This document shows, piece after piece, positions 17,493-27,952 of a stretch of 64,000 nucleotides of DNA. Origin of the DNA: Cyanobacteriota bacterium (GTDB lineage Bacteria > Cyanobacteriota > Cyanobacteriia > PCC-6307 > Cyanobiaceae); the NCBI GenBank assembly GCA_046052125.1, contig JBJOMY010000004.1, positions 160,001 through 224,000 of the forward strand, written 5' to 3'. The notes under the pieces are model-generated. The model did not search any database. It had not been told where the DNA came from and saw only the letters and a program-made list of their open reading frames with translations. Positions within the stretch are counted from its first letter, which is position 1, and every line of letters starts with the position of its first letter. Position numbers and translations under genes: made by a program.

Positions 17493-18452
17493 TTGCCTGA
17501 ACAGCACTCCACACCGCTGCAGCGTCGCGGCATCGCTCGCTTGATGCTGCCTGCGCTGATTGGTGCAGCCCTGGCTGTTGTGGTGCTCTTGCCCCAGCCG
17601 GCACTGGCTGCCAGTGGTGGGCGGATCGGCGGCGGCAGCTTCCGTTCCGCGCCGATGCCCCGCAGCTACAGCGGTGGTTATGGCGGCGGTGGTTACCAGC
17701 GGGGCTATGGCGGTGGGGGCATCGGCTTCCCGTTCATCGTTCCCTTCTTTTTCGGGGGCGGAGGCCTCTTCGGCTTCCTGGTGCTGATGGCGGTGGTGGG
17801 TTTGGTGCTGAACGCCTTCCGAGGCGGCGGTGGTGGTGCTCAGGCTCTGCCCGCTGGCATGCGCGGTGGTGATCTCGATGGGTACCGGCCGGATGGTCCG
17901 GTGGCGATCGCTCAGTTGCAGGTGGGCTTGCTGGCCTCTGCGCGCGAGCTGCAACGGGATCTGCGCAATCTGGCCTCCAGCTCCGACACCAGCACCAGCA
18001 GTGGCCTGCAGCGTGTGCTTCAGGACAGCACCTTGGCACTGCTGCGTCACCCCGATCTATGGGTCTACGCCAACGCTGAGTTGGGTCAGGTTCCTTTCCA
18101 GGCGGCCGAATCCACCTTCAATCGCCTCTCGATGACGGAGCGCAGCAAGCTCTCCGGCGAGATCACCACCAATGTGAGTGGCACGGTGGGTAGAGGCGGC
18201 AGCGGCAGCGCCGGCGATGCCGATGCCACCAGTGACTACATCGCGGTGACGCTTCTGGTGGCCAGCCGCAGCAGGATCGCTCTCAAGCCTGTGAATGGCA
18301 GCGAAGAGTTGCGCGAAGCCCTGCGGGTGATCGGCTCGGTGCCCTCCGATCAGCTGTTGGCTCTGGAGGTGATCTGGCAGCCCGAAGGTGCTGGCGAAGT
18401 GCTGAGCGCAGACGAGTTGATTACGGCCTATCCGGATCTCAAACACCTCTAA
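17493..18452 (+). CDS. DUF1517 domain protein (FLAP1/FlpA-like)
   Basis: ASGGRIGGGSF, Gly-rich stretch, TM segment, LQVGLLA, ERSK, LEVIWQP…YPDL; start uncertain. Confidence 0.88.
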   Translation: MPEQHSTPLQRRGIARLMLPALIGAALAVVVLLPQPALAASGGRIGGGSFRSAPMPRSYSGGYGGGGYQRGYGGGGIGFPFIVPFFFGGGGLFGFLVLMAVVGLVLNAFRGGGGGAQALPAGMRGGDLDGYRPDGPVAIAQLQVGLLASARELQRDLRNLASSSDTSTSSGLQRVLQDSTLALLRHPDLWVYANAELGQVPFQAAESTFNRLSMTERSKLSGEITTNVSGTVGRGGSGSAGDADATSDYIAVTLLVASRSRIALKPVNGSEELREALRVIGSVPSDQLLALEVIWQPEGAGEVLSADELITAYPDLKHL

Positions 18453-18662
18453 ATCGTCCTGGCGCAAGGGCTCTGCGGCGCATCAGCACCCCAAGTGAAT
18501 TGCTGCAGCACCTTTTGATTGTCTGCAGATTTGAGGAACTACAGAAACTCTTCCGCTGAAAAGATGTTGTAATCCGGTTCAGCGCACAGATCAATTTGTA
18601 GGTTGACAGTCCTTCACCCCGAGTGCGTGTCAGCCTCACATCGCCATTCAGAAACCCGTGCC

Positions 18663-18797
18663 ATGAAGTGGCAGGCCAATGGCGAATTGGCTGGCAGCGA
18701 TCTGCACGCCCTGCTCAACCGACTCCACCAGGTCGAAACCGAAGAGCGTGCTCAGGAGCTGCAGCAGTGCCTGGGCCGGCGCGCCGAGGAAGGCTGA
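18663..18797 (+). CDS. Small hypothetical protein (44 aa)
   Basis: MKWQANGELAGSDLHALLNRL…; follows an AT-richer promoter-like gap. Confidence 0.55.
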   Translation: MKWQANGELAGSDLHALLNRLHQVETEERAQELQQCLGRRAEEG

Positions 18798-18893
18798 GCC
18801 GGCAAGCCTGAAGCTGATCTGCAAATCGGCCGTAGCCCGTTGCGGTGGCCCGGCGGCTTCAGCACACTGCGCACACCTGGAAGGCGCCGCCGG

Positions 18894-19049
18894 ATGAAGC
18901 GTTCGCTGCAATGGGTGAACAGCCCTGTGTTGCTCGAAGCGCTCGAGCGCTATGAGCAGCGGCGTCTGCCCCGCTCCATGCAGCTCTGGGTGGAAGCGGT
19001 GTTGGAACTCAAGGCTCCCGCTCAGGCGCCGTTGCGCCCCCATTGTTGA
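18894..19049 (+). CDS. Small hypothetical protein (51 aa)
   Basis: MKRSLQWVNSPVLLEALERYEQRRLPRSMQLWVEAVLEL…; helical composition. Confidence 0.55.
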   Translation: MKRSLQWVNSPVLLEALERYEQRRLPRSMQLWVEAVLELKAPAQAPLRPHC

Positions 19050-19719
19050 GAATCCGCAGGGCGGCCATGGCGGCTCCGTAGCCGTTGTCGATGTTCACCA
19101 CGCAAAGCCCTGGGGCGCAGCTGGCGAGCATCCCCTGCAGGGCTGCCTGGCCACCGGCGCTCACGCCATAACCCACGCTCACCGGCACGCCGATCACCGG
19201 CTGGGGCATCAGCCCGGCGAGCACCGTGGGCAGGGCCCCTTCCATGCCGGCGCAGGCGATCAGCACGCGGGCCTGTTGGAGCCGCTCCAGCTGCCCCAGT
19301 AACCGGTGCAATCCAGCAACGCCCACATCGAGCACCAGATTGCAGTGGATGCCGTGCCAGTGAAGGGCCAATTGGGCTTCGCTGGCCACGGGGAGATCGC
19401 TGGTGCCTCCGCTGAGCACCACCACTTCGCCGAGCTGAGGCTGGGGTGGTGCTGGAGGCCCGAAGCTCAGGCAGCGGGCTTCCTGGTGAAACCGCAACTC
19501 CGCCAGTTGGTTTGCCGCTGCCGGATCCGCCTGCAACAACTGCTCCACCCTTGCTGCTTTGGCTGCGTCGACGCGTGTGGCCAGGGCTAGCTCGCCGTGG
19601 AGCCGCAGCCGCAGCAGGATTGCGGCGATCTGCTCGGCGGTTTTGTGCTCGCCCCAGATCGCTTCCACCATCCCGATCCGCTGGCGCCGTTGCAGATCCA
19701 GGCGTGCTTCCTCGTTCAT
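19009..19719 (-). CDS. larB: LarB/CpmA family (PurE-like) protein
   Basis: EAIWGEHKT, GGTSDLPVA, DVGVAGLHRL, AGMEGALP, VPVSVGYG and VVNIDNGYGAA motifs. Confidence 0.9.
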   Translation of the reverse strand: MNEEARLDLQRRQRIGMVEAIWGEHKTAEQIAAILLRLRLHGELALATRVDAAKAARVEQLLQADPAAANQLAELRFHQEARCLSFGPPAPPQPQLGEVVVLSGGTSDLPVASEAQLALHWHGIHCNLVLDVGVAGLHRLLGQLERLQQARVLIACAGMEGALPTVLAGLMPQPVIGVPVSVGYGVSAGGQAALQGMLASCAPGLCVVNIDNGYGAAMAALRILNNGGATAPEREP

Positions 19720-20162
19720 GCCGCCGGTTGCAGTTCCCCTTCGAACACCAGCGGGAAGGGATTGCCTTGCCGGGTGCCTGTCGCCTCACGGGCCAGCTGT
19801 TCAAAGCGCTCCTGCACGGCCTCCACCTCCTCCAGTGGGATGGCCTTCCATTGATCGCGGCTTGCCCAGCGGATCAGCAGTGTCCCTTCCTCGCGCTCGG
19901 GGTCCCAGAGCAGATCGCGGCCCAGATAACCCGGCTGCTGTTTGAGCCAGGGATCCCAGCTGCCGCGCTCAGCTTCCAGCCAGGCCTGGCGTGCTTCGGC
20001 CGGCACCTTCACCCGAAGGTGCTCCACAACAGCCACCTCGAATGAGCCACCAGGGAGCTGCTGCTCGGCAATCGCCACATCGGGATGGCCAGCGATCAGC
20101 ATCAGCAGGCAGAGCACGAGAGCCGAAACGCTAGCCAGCGCCAGAGCCAGTGCTTGGTTCAC
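19716..20162 (-). CDS. Cyanobacterial ABM-like protein (TIGR03792-type)
   Basis: N-terminal TM segment; VVEHLR…[13 protein letters not shown]…[13 protein letters not shown]. Confidence 0.75.
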   Translation of the reverse strand: MNQALALALASVSALVLCLLMLIAGHPDVAIAEQQLPGGSFEVAVVEHLRVKVPAEARQAWLEAERGSWDPWLKQQPGYLGRDLLWDPEREEGTLLIRWASRDQWKAIPLEEVEAVQERFEQLAREATGTRQGNPFPLVFEGELQPAA

Positions 20163-20644
20163 GGTTTTTGCAGCAGGGCCACCGCCTGGCAGGAGATGCC
20201 TTCTTCCCGTCCCTCGGGGCCCAGCTTTTCGTTGGTGGTGGCCTTCACACCCACCTGATCGGGTTCCAGGCCCATGCGCTCAGCAATGGCCGCTCGCATC
20301 GCTTCGATGTGGGGTTTGAGCTTGGGGCGCTCAGCGATCACCACCGAATCCACATTGATCACGCTCCATCCCCGCTCCACGATCAGGGCCACCACCTGCT
20401 CCAGCAGCACCAGGCTGTCGGCCCCTTTCCACTTCGGGTCGTCGGGGGGAAAGTATTTGCCGATGTCGCCCAGCGAGAGGGCGCCGAGCAGGGCGTCCAT
20501 GATCGCGTGCACCAGCACATCGGCATCGCTGTGGCCATCGAGGCCGAGGCCGGCGGGATGCTGGAGGGTTTGGCCTCCCAGGATCAGCGGCCGGCCTGGC
20601 ACCAGGCGATGGATGTCGTAGCCGTTGCCGATGCGCAGCTGCAT
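20159..20644 (-). CDS. ispF: 2-C-methyl-D-erythritol 2,4-cyclodiphosphate synthase
   Basis: [24 protein letters not shown] and [10 protein letters not shown] motifs. Confidence 0.97.
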   Translation of the reverse strand: MQLRIGNGYDIHRLVPGRPLILGGQTLQHPAGLGLDGHSDADVLVHAIMDALLGALSLGDIGKYFPPDDPKWKGADSLVLLEQVVALIVERGWSVINVDSVVIAERPKLKPHIEAMRAAIAERMGLEPDQVGVKATTNEKLGPEGREEGISCQAVALLQKP

Positions 20645-20691
20645 GGGGAAAACCAGCACCAGCGCTGACCCTATCGCTGCAGTGCCTTGGT

Positions 20692-21390
20692 TTATTGCTG
20701 TTGCTGTTGTGCCTGCCAGCGTTCGAACAGGTCTGGCCGGCGCTCGCTGGTGCGCTGCTGCTGCTGTTGGGCGCGCCAGCGGGCGATGGCGCCGTGATCG
20801 CCCCTGCGCAACACCTCGGGCACGCTCATGCCACGGAAATCCGCTGGGCGGGTGTAGTGGGGATGCTCGAGAAGCAGAGCGCTGTGGCTCTCCTCCTCCA
20901 GGCAGGCTTCCGTGCCCACCGTGCCGGGGAGCAGCCGCACCACACCGTTGATGATTGTCATCGCCGGCAGTTCACCGCCGGTGAGGACGAAATCACCGAT
21001 CGACACCTCCTCGTCGGCGAGGGCGCGGATGCGTTCATCGAAGCCTTCGTAGTGGCCGCACAGGAACAGCAGTTGCTCGTACTCGGTGGCCCAGCGGCGT
21101 AGATCGGCTTGCTGCAGGGGTTTGCCCTGGGGACTCATCAACAGGACCCGTCGCCGCGGCAGCACCGGGATCGCTTCAACGGCGGAATACACCGGCTCGG
21201 GTTTGAGCACCATGCCGGCACCACCGCCGTAGGGCTCGTCATCCACCTTGCGGTAGCGATCGGTGGCGAAGTCGCGCGGGTTGTGCACGTGCAGCTCAGC
21301 CCGCCCCGCGGCGAAGGCGCGACCGATCACCCCAAGGCCCTGCAGCGGCGCGAACGCCTCCGGGGCCAGGCTCACCACATCGAGGCGCAT
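20692..21390 (-). CDS. trmD: tRNA (guanine-37-N1)-methyltransferase
   Basis: [33 protein letters not shown] and HPHYTRP motifs. Confidence 0.97.
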   Translation of the reverse strand: MRLDVVSLAPEAFAPLQGLGVIGRAFAAGRAELHVHNPRDFATDRYRKVDDEPYGGGAGMVLKPEPVYSAVEAIPVLPRRRVLLMSPQGKPLQQADLRRWATEYEQLLFLCGHYEGFDERIRALADEEVSIGDFVLTGGELPAMTIINGVVRLLPGTVGTEACLEEESHSALLLEHPHYTRPADFRGMSVPEVLRRGDHGAIARWRAQQQQQRTSERRPDLFERWQAQQQQQ

Positions 21391-21394
21391 GGGT

Positions 21395-21868
21395 TCAGGC
21401 GGCAGCGGCCGGCTTGCTGACGCGGCGGATCTCCGAGCTGAAGCTCGCCCGGCCCGGTGTGCCGTCGGCGGGTTGCTCGATGGTGGAGCGCAGGCGCAAG
21501 TTGGGTTTGTTGAACCAGATCCGCTCGCGTAACTCCGCTCCGTTCTGCTGGCTCACCAGCTCAAGGCTGCCATCGGGCCAGAGGGTCCAGTGGCCTTGCT
21601 GCTCCCCCGCGCTGAAGCTGCCATCCGCGTTGAACAGCAGCTGCCGCGGCGCTTGATCCTTGGGCCCCACGCTCAAACCGCCGGGACTGCCCTCCAAGTA
21701 GCGCACCACCAGCTCGCCCCGCTCGCTGCTGTGCCATTCATCGCCTTCGCCGGCGTCAGCCTCCGAACCAAGCACAAAGCGGGAGCGCAGGCTCATCCAC
21801 TCGCCTTCACAGAAGCGCAGGAAGGCCTCGATCGTGGCGGGTGGGAAGGGGGCGGCGGGATCGCTCAT
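21395..21868 (-). CDS. CpcS/CpeS-family phycobiliprotein lyase-like protein
   Basis: F…CEGEWMSLRS, ERIWFNKPNLRLRS and ASFSSEIRR motifs. Confidence 0.82.
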   Translation of the reverse strand: MSDPAAPFPPATIEAFLRFCEGEWMSLRSRFVLGSEADAGEGDEWHSSERGELVVRYLEGSPGGLSVGPKDQAPRQLLFNADGSFSAGEQQGHWTLWPDGSLELVSQQNGAELRERIWFNKPNLRLRSTIEQPADGTPGRASFSSEIRRVSKPAAAA

Positions 21869-21891
21869 CGGGTGATTCTCTCAGCTGCCCC

Positions 21892-22884
21892 TCAGCTATC
21901 GCCCCGGTAACCGAGTTCAGCCAGGCGTGAGGCGCTGCGGCGCCAGTTCGGCACCACCTTCACGAACAGCTCCAGATACACCGGCCCATTGATCAGCTTC
22001 TGCATCTGCTGCCGCGCACCACTGCCGATGTCCCGCAACATGCGCCCACCCTTACCGATGAGGATGCCTTTCTGGCTGTTGCGCTCCACCAGCACGGTGG
22101 CCAGAACGGCCGTGCGAGGACCGTCATCGACAATCCGCTCGATCTGCACAGCCACCGAGTGGGGCACCTCCTCACGCGTGTGCTGCAGCACCTGCTCGCG
22201 GATCAGCTCCGCCAGCAGCAATTGCTCCGGCTGGTCGCTCACTGCATCCGGTGGATAGAGGTGCGGCCCCTCCGGTAGGACGGCCGAGAGGGCATTCACC
22301 AGGCCGCTGGTGCCGTCGCCGGTGAGGGCGCTCACCGGATGCAAAGGCCAGTTCGGCACCAGCTCGCGGTAACTGGCCTCCAGCTCGGCGGCCTGGTCGG
22401 GGTCGACGAGGTCGTGCTTGTTGAGCGCCACATGCACGGGCGCTTTGGCATGGGCCAGCAGCTCCACGATGAAGCCGTCGCCGCGCCCCGCCGGTTGGCT
22501 GCCATCCACGAGCAGCAACACCAGATCCACCTCGCCAATGGCACCGCGCGCGCTCTGCACCAACCGTTCGCCGAGCAGGTGGTGCGGTTTATGAATGCCC
22601 GGGGTGTCCACCAGCACCAGCTGGGCTTCCGGGGTGGTGAGGATCGCCCGCAGGCGGTTCCGGGTGGTTTGGGCGATGGGGGAGGTGATCGCCACCTTCT
22701 CGCCCACCAATTGGTTCAACAGGGTCGACTTGCCCACATTCGGCCGGCCCACCAGGGCGACAAAGCCTGAGCGGAACCCCTCTGGGCTCTGCCCCAGCTG
22801 AAAGCCGCCCGCCATGGCTTCCGCCGGCAGCTCGCTGAGATCCGGAAACGGCGGCAGCGGGTCGGTGGGGGGGCTTGGCTCCAT
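21892..22884 (-). CDS. era: GTPase Era
   Basis: GRPNVGKSTL, QTTR, DTPG, NKHD, EEVPH and KH domain IGKGG; start uncertain. Confidence 0.97.
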   Translation of the reverse strand: MEPSPPTDPLPPFPDLSELPAEAMAGGFQLGQSPEGFRSGFVALVGRPNVGKSTLLNQLVGEKVAITSPIAQTTRNRLRAILTTPEAQLVLVDTPGIHKPHHLLGERLVQSARGAIGEVDLVLLLVDGSQPAGRGDGFIVELLAHAKAPVHVALNKHDLVDPDQAAELEASYRELVPNWPLHPVSALTGDGTSGLVNALSAVLPEGPHLYPPDAVSDQPEQLLLAELIREQVLQHTREEVPHSVAVQIERIVDDGPRTAVLATVLVERNSQKGILIGKGGRMLRDIGSGARQQMQKLINGPVYLELFVKVVPNWRRSASRLAELGYRGDS

Positions 22885-22916
22885 AACCTCACCATGGCAG
22901 CCCGCCGATCTCGCTG

Positions 22917-23444
22917 ATGACCGACGCCCCCTCCCTCCAGCCCACCTTCCAGCAGGCCATGGAGATCACGGCCCAATGGCTGGCGCTGTGGGAGAACGGT
23001 GAACTGAGCGATGAGGTGCTCAGCGATCGTGTGGCTGAGATGGTCGCCAGCCGCGATGGCGCCCGAGGCTTTTTTGTGGTGTCTCTGGCGGGGGATTGCC
23101 CGTTGATGGATCGCCTGCCCGAGCCGGTGGTGCTGTCGCTGCGTCAAGCCGGGGCGGGGGTTGTGGATCTGAGCGTCCGCAACTTGGCGATGAGCACGGC
23201 GATGGCGCTTCACCATCAGCGCAGCGGCGATGCGGGCCAGCAGGCCGGTTCGGAGCGGGTGCAGCTGCGCTGCACAGAACTGCTTCGCCTGCTGGAGCCC
23301 AGTGCGGTGAAGGATCGGCTGGAAACCCTGCTGGAAGCCACCGCTGGCCGCGGCGAGGACGTGGCCTTTCTCGATCGCTGGGGATACGACGCCGAGCAGA
23401 AGGCCGCGATCGCTGATGCGGTGGAAGCGGTGGCTGAAGCCTGA
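22917..23444 (+). CDS. Conserved cyanobacterial hypothetical protein
   Basis: ATG-start 175-aa helical ORF with GARGFFVV, VRNLAMSTAM and FLDRWGYD. Confidence 0.8.
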   Translation: MTDAPSLQPTFQQAMEITAQWLALWENGELSDEVLSDRVAEMVASRDGARGFFVVSLAGDCPLMDRLPEPVVLSLRQAGAGVVDLSVRNLAMSTAMALHHQRSGDAGQQAGSERVQLRCTELLRLLEPSAVKDRLETLLEATAGRGEDVAFLDRWGYDAEQKAAIADAVEAVAEA

Positions 23445-23478
23445 CTCCTCAGGTTGTTTGGGCAATCGGCTGCCCATG

Positions 23479-23502
23479 AAAAAAGCACCCTTGCGGGTGC
23501 TT
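23479..23502 (-). terminator. Rho-independent terminator downstream of the BI-1 gene
   Basis: AAGCACCC-TTGC-GGGTGCTT hairpin with an A-run on +, i.e. a U-tract on the minus strand. Confidence 0.8.
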
Positions 23503-23545
23503 GAGGAGATCCCCATCGAAACAGGGAGCTGGTCTGAAGGAGTGA

Positions 23546-24280
23546 TCAGTCGCGACGGCCGCCGCCGTTGAGAGCAATCACCAGCCGCAGGATGAAGATG
23601 AACAGGTTGATGTAGGTGAGATACATGCCCAGAGCGCCGGCCAGGTACTGGTCGTCGCTGTAGGTGCGGGGCATCGTGTAGAAGTCCACGAAGGCGGCAC
23701 CCACGAAGATCACGGTGCCAAAGCCGGCGATCATCAGCTCGAAGCCGCCGCCGCCGAAGCCGGGAACGAAGATCCCGCCGATCACCTGCACAAGCATGGC
23801 GATGATCAGGCCAAGGATGCCGAGGCCCACCACACCACTGAGGGCTTGGCCAAGGTTGTCGCTCATGCGGCGACCCATCACCGAAGCCGCCACAAAGGTG
23901 ATGCCGGTGGCCAGGGCTGCCGTGCCGATGGCGCCGATGCCTGCGGTGCCGATGGCCATCGCCACCAGGCCGCTCAGGGTGTAACCGGTGATCAGGCTGT
24001 AGGCGGCCAGCAGCGGTAGTGCCGTGCTGTTGTTGCCCTTCATCGCCACGTTTTGGGCGACGAAGAAGAGCACGAAGTTGCCGATCAGGGCCACCCAGAA
24101 CAGCGGCATGAACAGGCTGGGATTGCTGGCCATCAGGGCCAGGCCACCCATCACACCACCGGCGGTGAGCACCATGCCGCCGCCCACGTAGGGCAGGGCC
24201 TTGTTGACCACATTGGGGCCCACCAGGGCGCTGGATTGCGCCTCGCGGATGGCCTCCTGGAAATTGCTGCTGGCCGGCAT
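23546..24280 (-). CDS. Bax inhibitor-1/YccA family membrane protein
   Basis: About 7 TM segments, C-terminal ALGMYLTYINLFIFILRL; start MPASSNF. Confidence 0.88.
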   Translation of the reverse strand: MPASSNFQEAIREAQSSALVGPNVVNKALPYVGGGMVLTAGGVMGGLALMASNPSLFMPLFWVALIGNFVLFFVAQNVAMKGNNSTALPLLAAYSLITGYTLSGLVAMAIGTAGIGAIGTAALATGITFVAASVMGRRMSDNLGQALSGVVGLGILGLIIAMLVQVIGGIFVPGFGGGGFELMIAGFGTVIFVGAAFVDFYTMPRTYSDDQYLAGALGMYLTYINLFIFILRLVIALNGGGRRD

Positions 24281-24353
24281 GGCACAGGGGGAAGACTCCA
24301 CTCATCCTGCCAGCGCTGTCCAGGTTGCGCGGCGCGGCTTGGTGTGGATCCCC

Positions 24354-24887
24354 CTATCGCTGGTCGCTGAAGCTGTCCCTGCCGCTGTGGGGCCAGAGCA
24401 GCACCACCAGTACGGCCACGGCTGTGCCGATGCACGATTCGGCAAAGCGCAGCATTGCGTTTAGACCAGGACTTAATGCTGGATCCAGGCTGGCCGTCAC
24501 CATCACAACGATCACGGTGATGGCGGCCAGTCGGCCATGGCTGGGCACAGTCAAAGCCGTGCAGATCACGCCCGTGGCAAAGATCGCCACGGCCATGCCG
24601 ATCGGATGAAACGGCAGAACCGTGAGGTAGAGCGCGCTGGTGAAGGCGCCGATGGCTGTGCCGAGCACCCGCAACGAGGCTGAGCTGGTGGTGTCTTTGC
24701 GGGTGAGTTGGGTGACCACAACCGCTGAGATGGCTGACCAGAGGCCGCCGATCTTGGGGAGATATCCGGGGAACAGGCTCGTGAAGCTGAAGCCAATCCA
24801 GTAGGCCAGTAGACCTGCCAGAGCGATCTGCGCTGGGATGAGCAGCAGCTCTCCACGCTGATGCCGGCTGAAGACAGGCTGCTTCAC
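24354..24887 (-). CDS. FUSC / aromatic acid exporter-like membrane protein
   Basis: W-SAISAVVV…S…RVLGTAIGA…RFAESCIG pattern; GTG start overlaps the phoH stop. Confidence 0.72.
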   Translation of the reverse strand: MKQPVFSRHQRGELLLIPAQIALAGLLAYWIGFSFTSLFPGYLPKIGGLWSAISAVVVTQLTRKDTTSSASLRVLGTAIGAFTSALYLTVLPFHPIGMAVAIFATGVICTALTVPSHGRLAAITVIVVMVTASLDPALSPGLNAMLRFAESCIGTAVAVLVVLLWPHSGRDSFSDQR

Positions 24888-25870
24888 GACTGCCTGCCTC
24901 TCGCGCTGTCGCGCGTTGCATAGGCATTCACGAGCCGCTGCACCAGCGGGTGGCGGACCACATCGGCAGCGGTGAGCCGGCAGATCGCTACGCCTTCCAC
25001 CCCCTCCAGCACCTGCGCGGCTTCGATCAGCCCGCTGAGTTGGTTGGCAGGCAGGTCGATCTGGGTGGGGTCGCCCGTCACGACCATGCGGGAGCCTTCG
25101 CCGAGGCGGGTGAGCACCATGCGCATTTGCGCGGGGGTGGTGTTCTGCGCCTCATCGAGGATCACAAAGGCATCGGCCAGGGTGCGGCCGCGCATGTAGG
25201 CCAGAGGCGCCACCTCGATCACGTTTTTTTCGATCAGGGCGGCGGTGCGTTCCTGGCCCAGCAGCGTGTGGAGGGCGTCGTAGAGGGGCCGCAAGTAGGG
25301 ATCCACCTTCTGCTGCAGATCTCCGGGCAGAAAGCCGAGGCGCTCGCCGGCTTCCACGGCCGGACGGGTGAGGATCAAGCGCTCGACCCGCCGCTCCTGC
25401 AACGCGCGCACGGCTTGCACGGCAGCAAGGAAGGTTTTGCCCGTGCCAGCGGGGCCTAGGGCCAGGGTGAGGTCGTGGCGCTCAATCGCTTCCACATAGG
25501 CCTTTTGCTTGAGGGTGCGCGGGCGCAGCAGTTTGCCGCTCTGACTGCGAGCCAGCACCTGTTTACCCAGCTGTTGGTGCTCCTCGCCCCGGCCTGTGTC
25601 GAGCGCGGTGAGGGCCGTCTGCACATCCACCTGGGTGATGGCCTGGCCCTCCTGCCAGAGGGGGCGCAGCAGTTCCACCAGTCCTGCGGCCCGCTCCAGT
25701 TGGTTGGGGCGCCCGCGCAGCTGCAATGACAAACCCCGCAGCACCAACGAAGCACCAGTCAGGGCTTCCAGGCGATGCAGGGTGGATTCCGCCTCCCCTG
25801 CCAGCGCCATGGCGGCGTCCTGGTCGGGGAGGTCGATACTGAACGACGTGAGGGTGTCAGCCCCGGACAT
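24884..25870 (-). CDS. phoH: PhoH family ATPase
   Basis: GPAGTGKT, LTRPAVEAGERLGFLPG, YMRGRT, DEAQN, GDPTQ and VRHPLV motifs. Confidence 0.95.
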   Translation of the reverse strand: MSGADTLTSFSIDLPDQDAAMALAGEAESTLHRLEALTGASLVLRGLSLQLRGRPNQLERAAGLVELLRPLWQEGQAITQVDVQTALTALDTGRGEEHQQLGKQVLARSQSGKLLRPRTLKQKAYVEAIERHDLTLALGPAGTGKTFLAAVQAVRALQERRVERLILTRPAVEAGERLGFLPGDLQQKVDPYLRPLYDALHTLLGQERTAALIEKNVIEVAPLAYMRGRTLADAFVILDEAQNTTPAQMRMVLTRLGEGSRMVVTGDPTQIDLPANQLSGLIEAAQVLEGVEGVAICRLTAADVVRHPLVQRLVNAYATRDSARGRQS

Positions 25871-25881
25871 GGGGCGCAGCC

Positions 25882-26292
25882 TCAGGCTTCAGCGGCTTCT
25901 TCAGCGGGGGCTTCAGCAGCAGCAGCGGCTGCTTCTGCGGCGGCAGCGGCTTCGGCTGCCTTGGCTTCTGCAGCTTCCTTAGCGGCTTGCTTGGCAGCGG
26001 CTTCACGAGCGGCAGCCTGTTTCTTCTGGCCCACCACAACGGAGGGACGCACCTTCTTCTCCACCAGACCACCGCGCTCCAGCAGGGTCAGCACGCTGTC
26101 GGTGGGCTGTGCGCCCTGAGCCAGACGAGCGCGGATCGCTTCGGTGTCGAGACGGGTCTCTTTGGTGCGGGGGTTGTAGAAGCCCAGCTCCTCGAGGGGG
26201 CGACCGTCGCGGCGCGAGGTGCTGTTGCAGGCCACCAGGCGGAAGCTCGCTTCCCGCTTCTTACCGAACCGCTTCAGGCGGAGCTTGATCAT
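25882..26292 (-). CDS. rpsP: 30S ribosomal protein S16 with Ala/Glu-rich C-terminal extension
   Basis: [12 protein letters not shown]…[15 protein letters not shown]…GAQPTDSV. Confidence 0.97.
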   Translation of the reverse strand: MIKLRLKRFGKKREASFRLVACNSTSRRDGRPLEELGFYNPRTKETRLDTEAIRARLAQGAQPTDSVLTLLERGGLVEKKVRPSVVVGQKKQAAAREAAAKQAAKEAAEAKAAEAAAAAEAAAAAAEAPAEEAAEA

Positions 26293-26390
26293 TGTGGCCT
26301 TGCCTTGCTGACTGGATAAAGGGTGCGAGATCCGTGTTGAAGCGGAATCAAGCGCCAAACGACCACAATACTCTCCGGGGTGAACCCCCA

Positions 26391-27863
26391 CTAGAGCTCG
26401 CCGAACCCCTTGCGCTTCTTGGCGGGCTTCGGCGCTTTGGGCATGCCACCGCCGCCACGCCCGGGCATGCCACCGCCCATGCCACCCATGCCGGGCATCC
26501 CAGGGAACCCACCCATACCGGGGAAGCCGCCGCCCATGCCCGGCATTCCGGGCATGCCGCCGCCGCGGGTCATCTGCTGCATGAAGCCGCGCATCTGCTG
26601 GAAGTTCTGCAGCACCTTGTCCACATCCGCCGGGGTGTGGCCGCTGCCGCTGGCGATGCGGCGACGGCGGGAGGGATTGGCGGCCAGCAGGTCGGGATCG
26701 CTGCGCTCCGCCTCGGTCATCGAGCCGATCATCGCTTCGATCTTCTTGAGCTGCTCTTCGCCCTGCTTGAGCATGCCGTCGTCGATCTTGTTCATCCCCG
26801 GGATCATTTTCATCAGACCGCCCAGGGAGCCCATGCGCTTGATCAGGCGCATCTGCTTGACGAAGTCCGAGAAGTCGAAGGTGGCTTCCTGGAGCTTCTG
26901 CTGCATCTTGGCCACATCGGCCAGCTCCACCTCCTTCTGGGCTTTCTCCACCAGGGTGAGCACATCACCCATGCCGAGGATGCGGCTGGCCATCCGCTCG
27001 GGGTGGAACGGCTGCAGCGCCTCCACCTTCTCGCCGGTGCCGATGAACTTGATCGGCGCGCCGCTCACCTTGCGGATCGAGAGGGCGGCGCCACCGCGGG
27101 AGTCGCCGTCGAGCTTGGTGAGCACGGCACCGGTGATGCCCACCTGCTCATGGAAGGCGCGGGTGAGCTCGGCCGCTTCCTGGCCGATCATCGAATCCAC
27201 CACCAGCAGCACCTCATCGGGGCTGCAGGCCTCGCGGATCCGCACCATCTCCTCCATCATCGATTGATCGATCTGGAGGCGACCGGCGGTGTCCACCAAC
27301 ACCGTGTCGAAGCCCTCGGCTCTGGCCTTCTCGATGCCGGCGGCGGCGATGGCTTCGGGCTTGGCTTCGGTGCCGAGGCTGAACACCTCCACGCCGATCT
27401 GGCCGCCGAGGGTCTTGAGCTGATCGATCGCTGCCGGGCGATACACGTCGGCTCCCACCAGCAGGGCCTTGCGGCCCTGCTCTTTGAGGTGGAGGCCGAG
27501 CTTGGCGGTGGCGGTGGTTTTACCGGCGCCCTGCAGGCCGGCCATCAGCACCACGGAGGGTTCGCCCGGTTTGCCGCCAGCCGCCAGGGGCGCGTTCTCG
27601 CCGCCCATGGTGTCCACGAGCTGCTCGTGCACCACCTGGATGAATTTCTGGTCCGGGCTGATGCCGCGCACCACCTCGGTGCCGAGGGCCTTCTTGCGGA
27701 CTTCGTCCACAAAGTCCTTCACCACCGGCAGGCTCACGTCGGCCTCCAGCAGGGCCCGACGCACTTCCTTCAGGGCGCCGTCGACGTTGCTTTCGCTGAT
27801 TGAGCCCTGGCCGCGCAGGTTCTTGACGGCGTCTTCAAACCGCTGGGAAAGCTCGTCAAACAT
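26391..27863 (-). CDS. ffh: Signal recognition particle protein Ffh
   Basis: [39 protein letters not shown] and Met/Gly-rich tail. Confidence 0.98.
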   Translation of the reverse strand: MFDELSQRFEDAVKNLRGQGSISESNVDGALKEVRRALLEADVSLPVVKDFVDEVRKKALGTEVVRGISPDQKFIQVVHEQLVDTMGGENAPLAAGGKPGEPSVVLMAGLQGAGKTTATAKLGLHLKEQGRKALLVGADVYRPAAIDQLKTLGGQIGVEVFSLGTEAKPEAIAAAGIEKARAEGFDTVLVDTAGRLQIDQSMMEEMVRIREACSPDEVLLVVDSMIGQEAAELTRAFHEQVGITGAVLTKLDGDSRGGAALSIRKVSGAPIKFIGTGEKVEALQPFHPERMASRILGMGDVLTLVEKAQKEVELADVAKMQQKLQEATFDFSDFVKQMRLIKRMGSLGGLMKMIPGMNKIDDGMLKQGEEQLKKIEAMIGSMTEAERSDPDLLAANPSRRRRIASGSGHTPADVDKVLQNFQQMRGFMQQMTRGGGMPGMPGMGGGFPGMGGFPGMPGMGGMGGGMPGRGGGGMPKAPKPAKKRKGFGEL

Positions 27864-27952
27864 CAGAAATGGAGGCGGCTGGGGGCTGGCGGCAGCAGCC
27901 GCAATTGCCGCGATCGTAAAAAGTCGCCAGCGTCAGCTTGATTTGGGAGCCG

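Noticed and set aside
17620..17830. Gly-rich stretch in the DUF1517 protein as another GrrM substrate
   Set aside because: No W-x-N motifs; the Gly-rich N-terminus is typical of this family.
18621..18640. Possible CRP or NtcA site upstream of the 44-aa ORF
   Set aside because: Only a TCACA half-site with wrong spacing; no GTA-N8-TAC found.
22716..24305. 529-aa minus-strand ORF spanning era, the hypothetical and BI-1
   Set aside because: Alternative frame with Arg/His-rich low-information composition overlapping real genes.
25882..26020. Ala/Glu/Lys-rich repetitive DNA
   Set aside because: Low-complexity C-terminal extension of S16, common in this protein.
26440..26570. GMPGM repeats at the ffh 3' end as a second RiPP-like repeat
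   Set aside because: Normal Met/Gly-rich tail of the Ffh M-domain.
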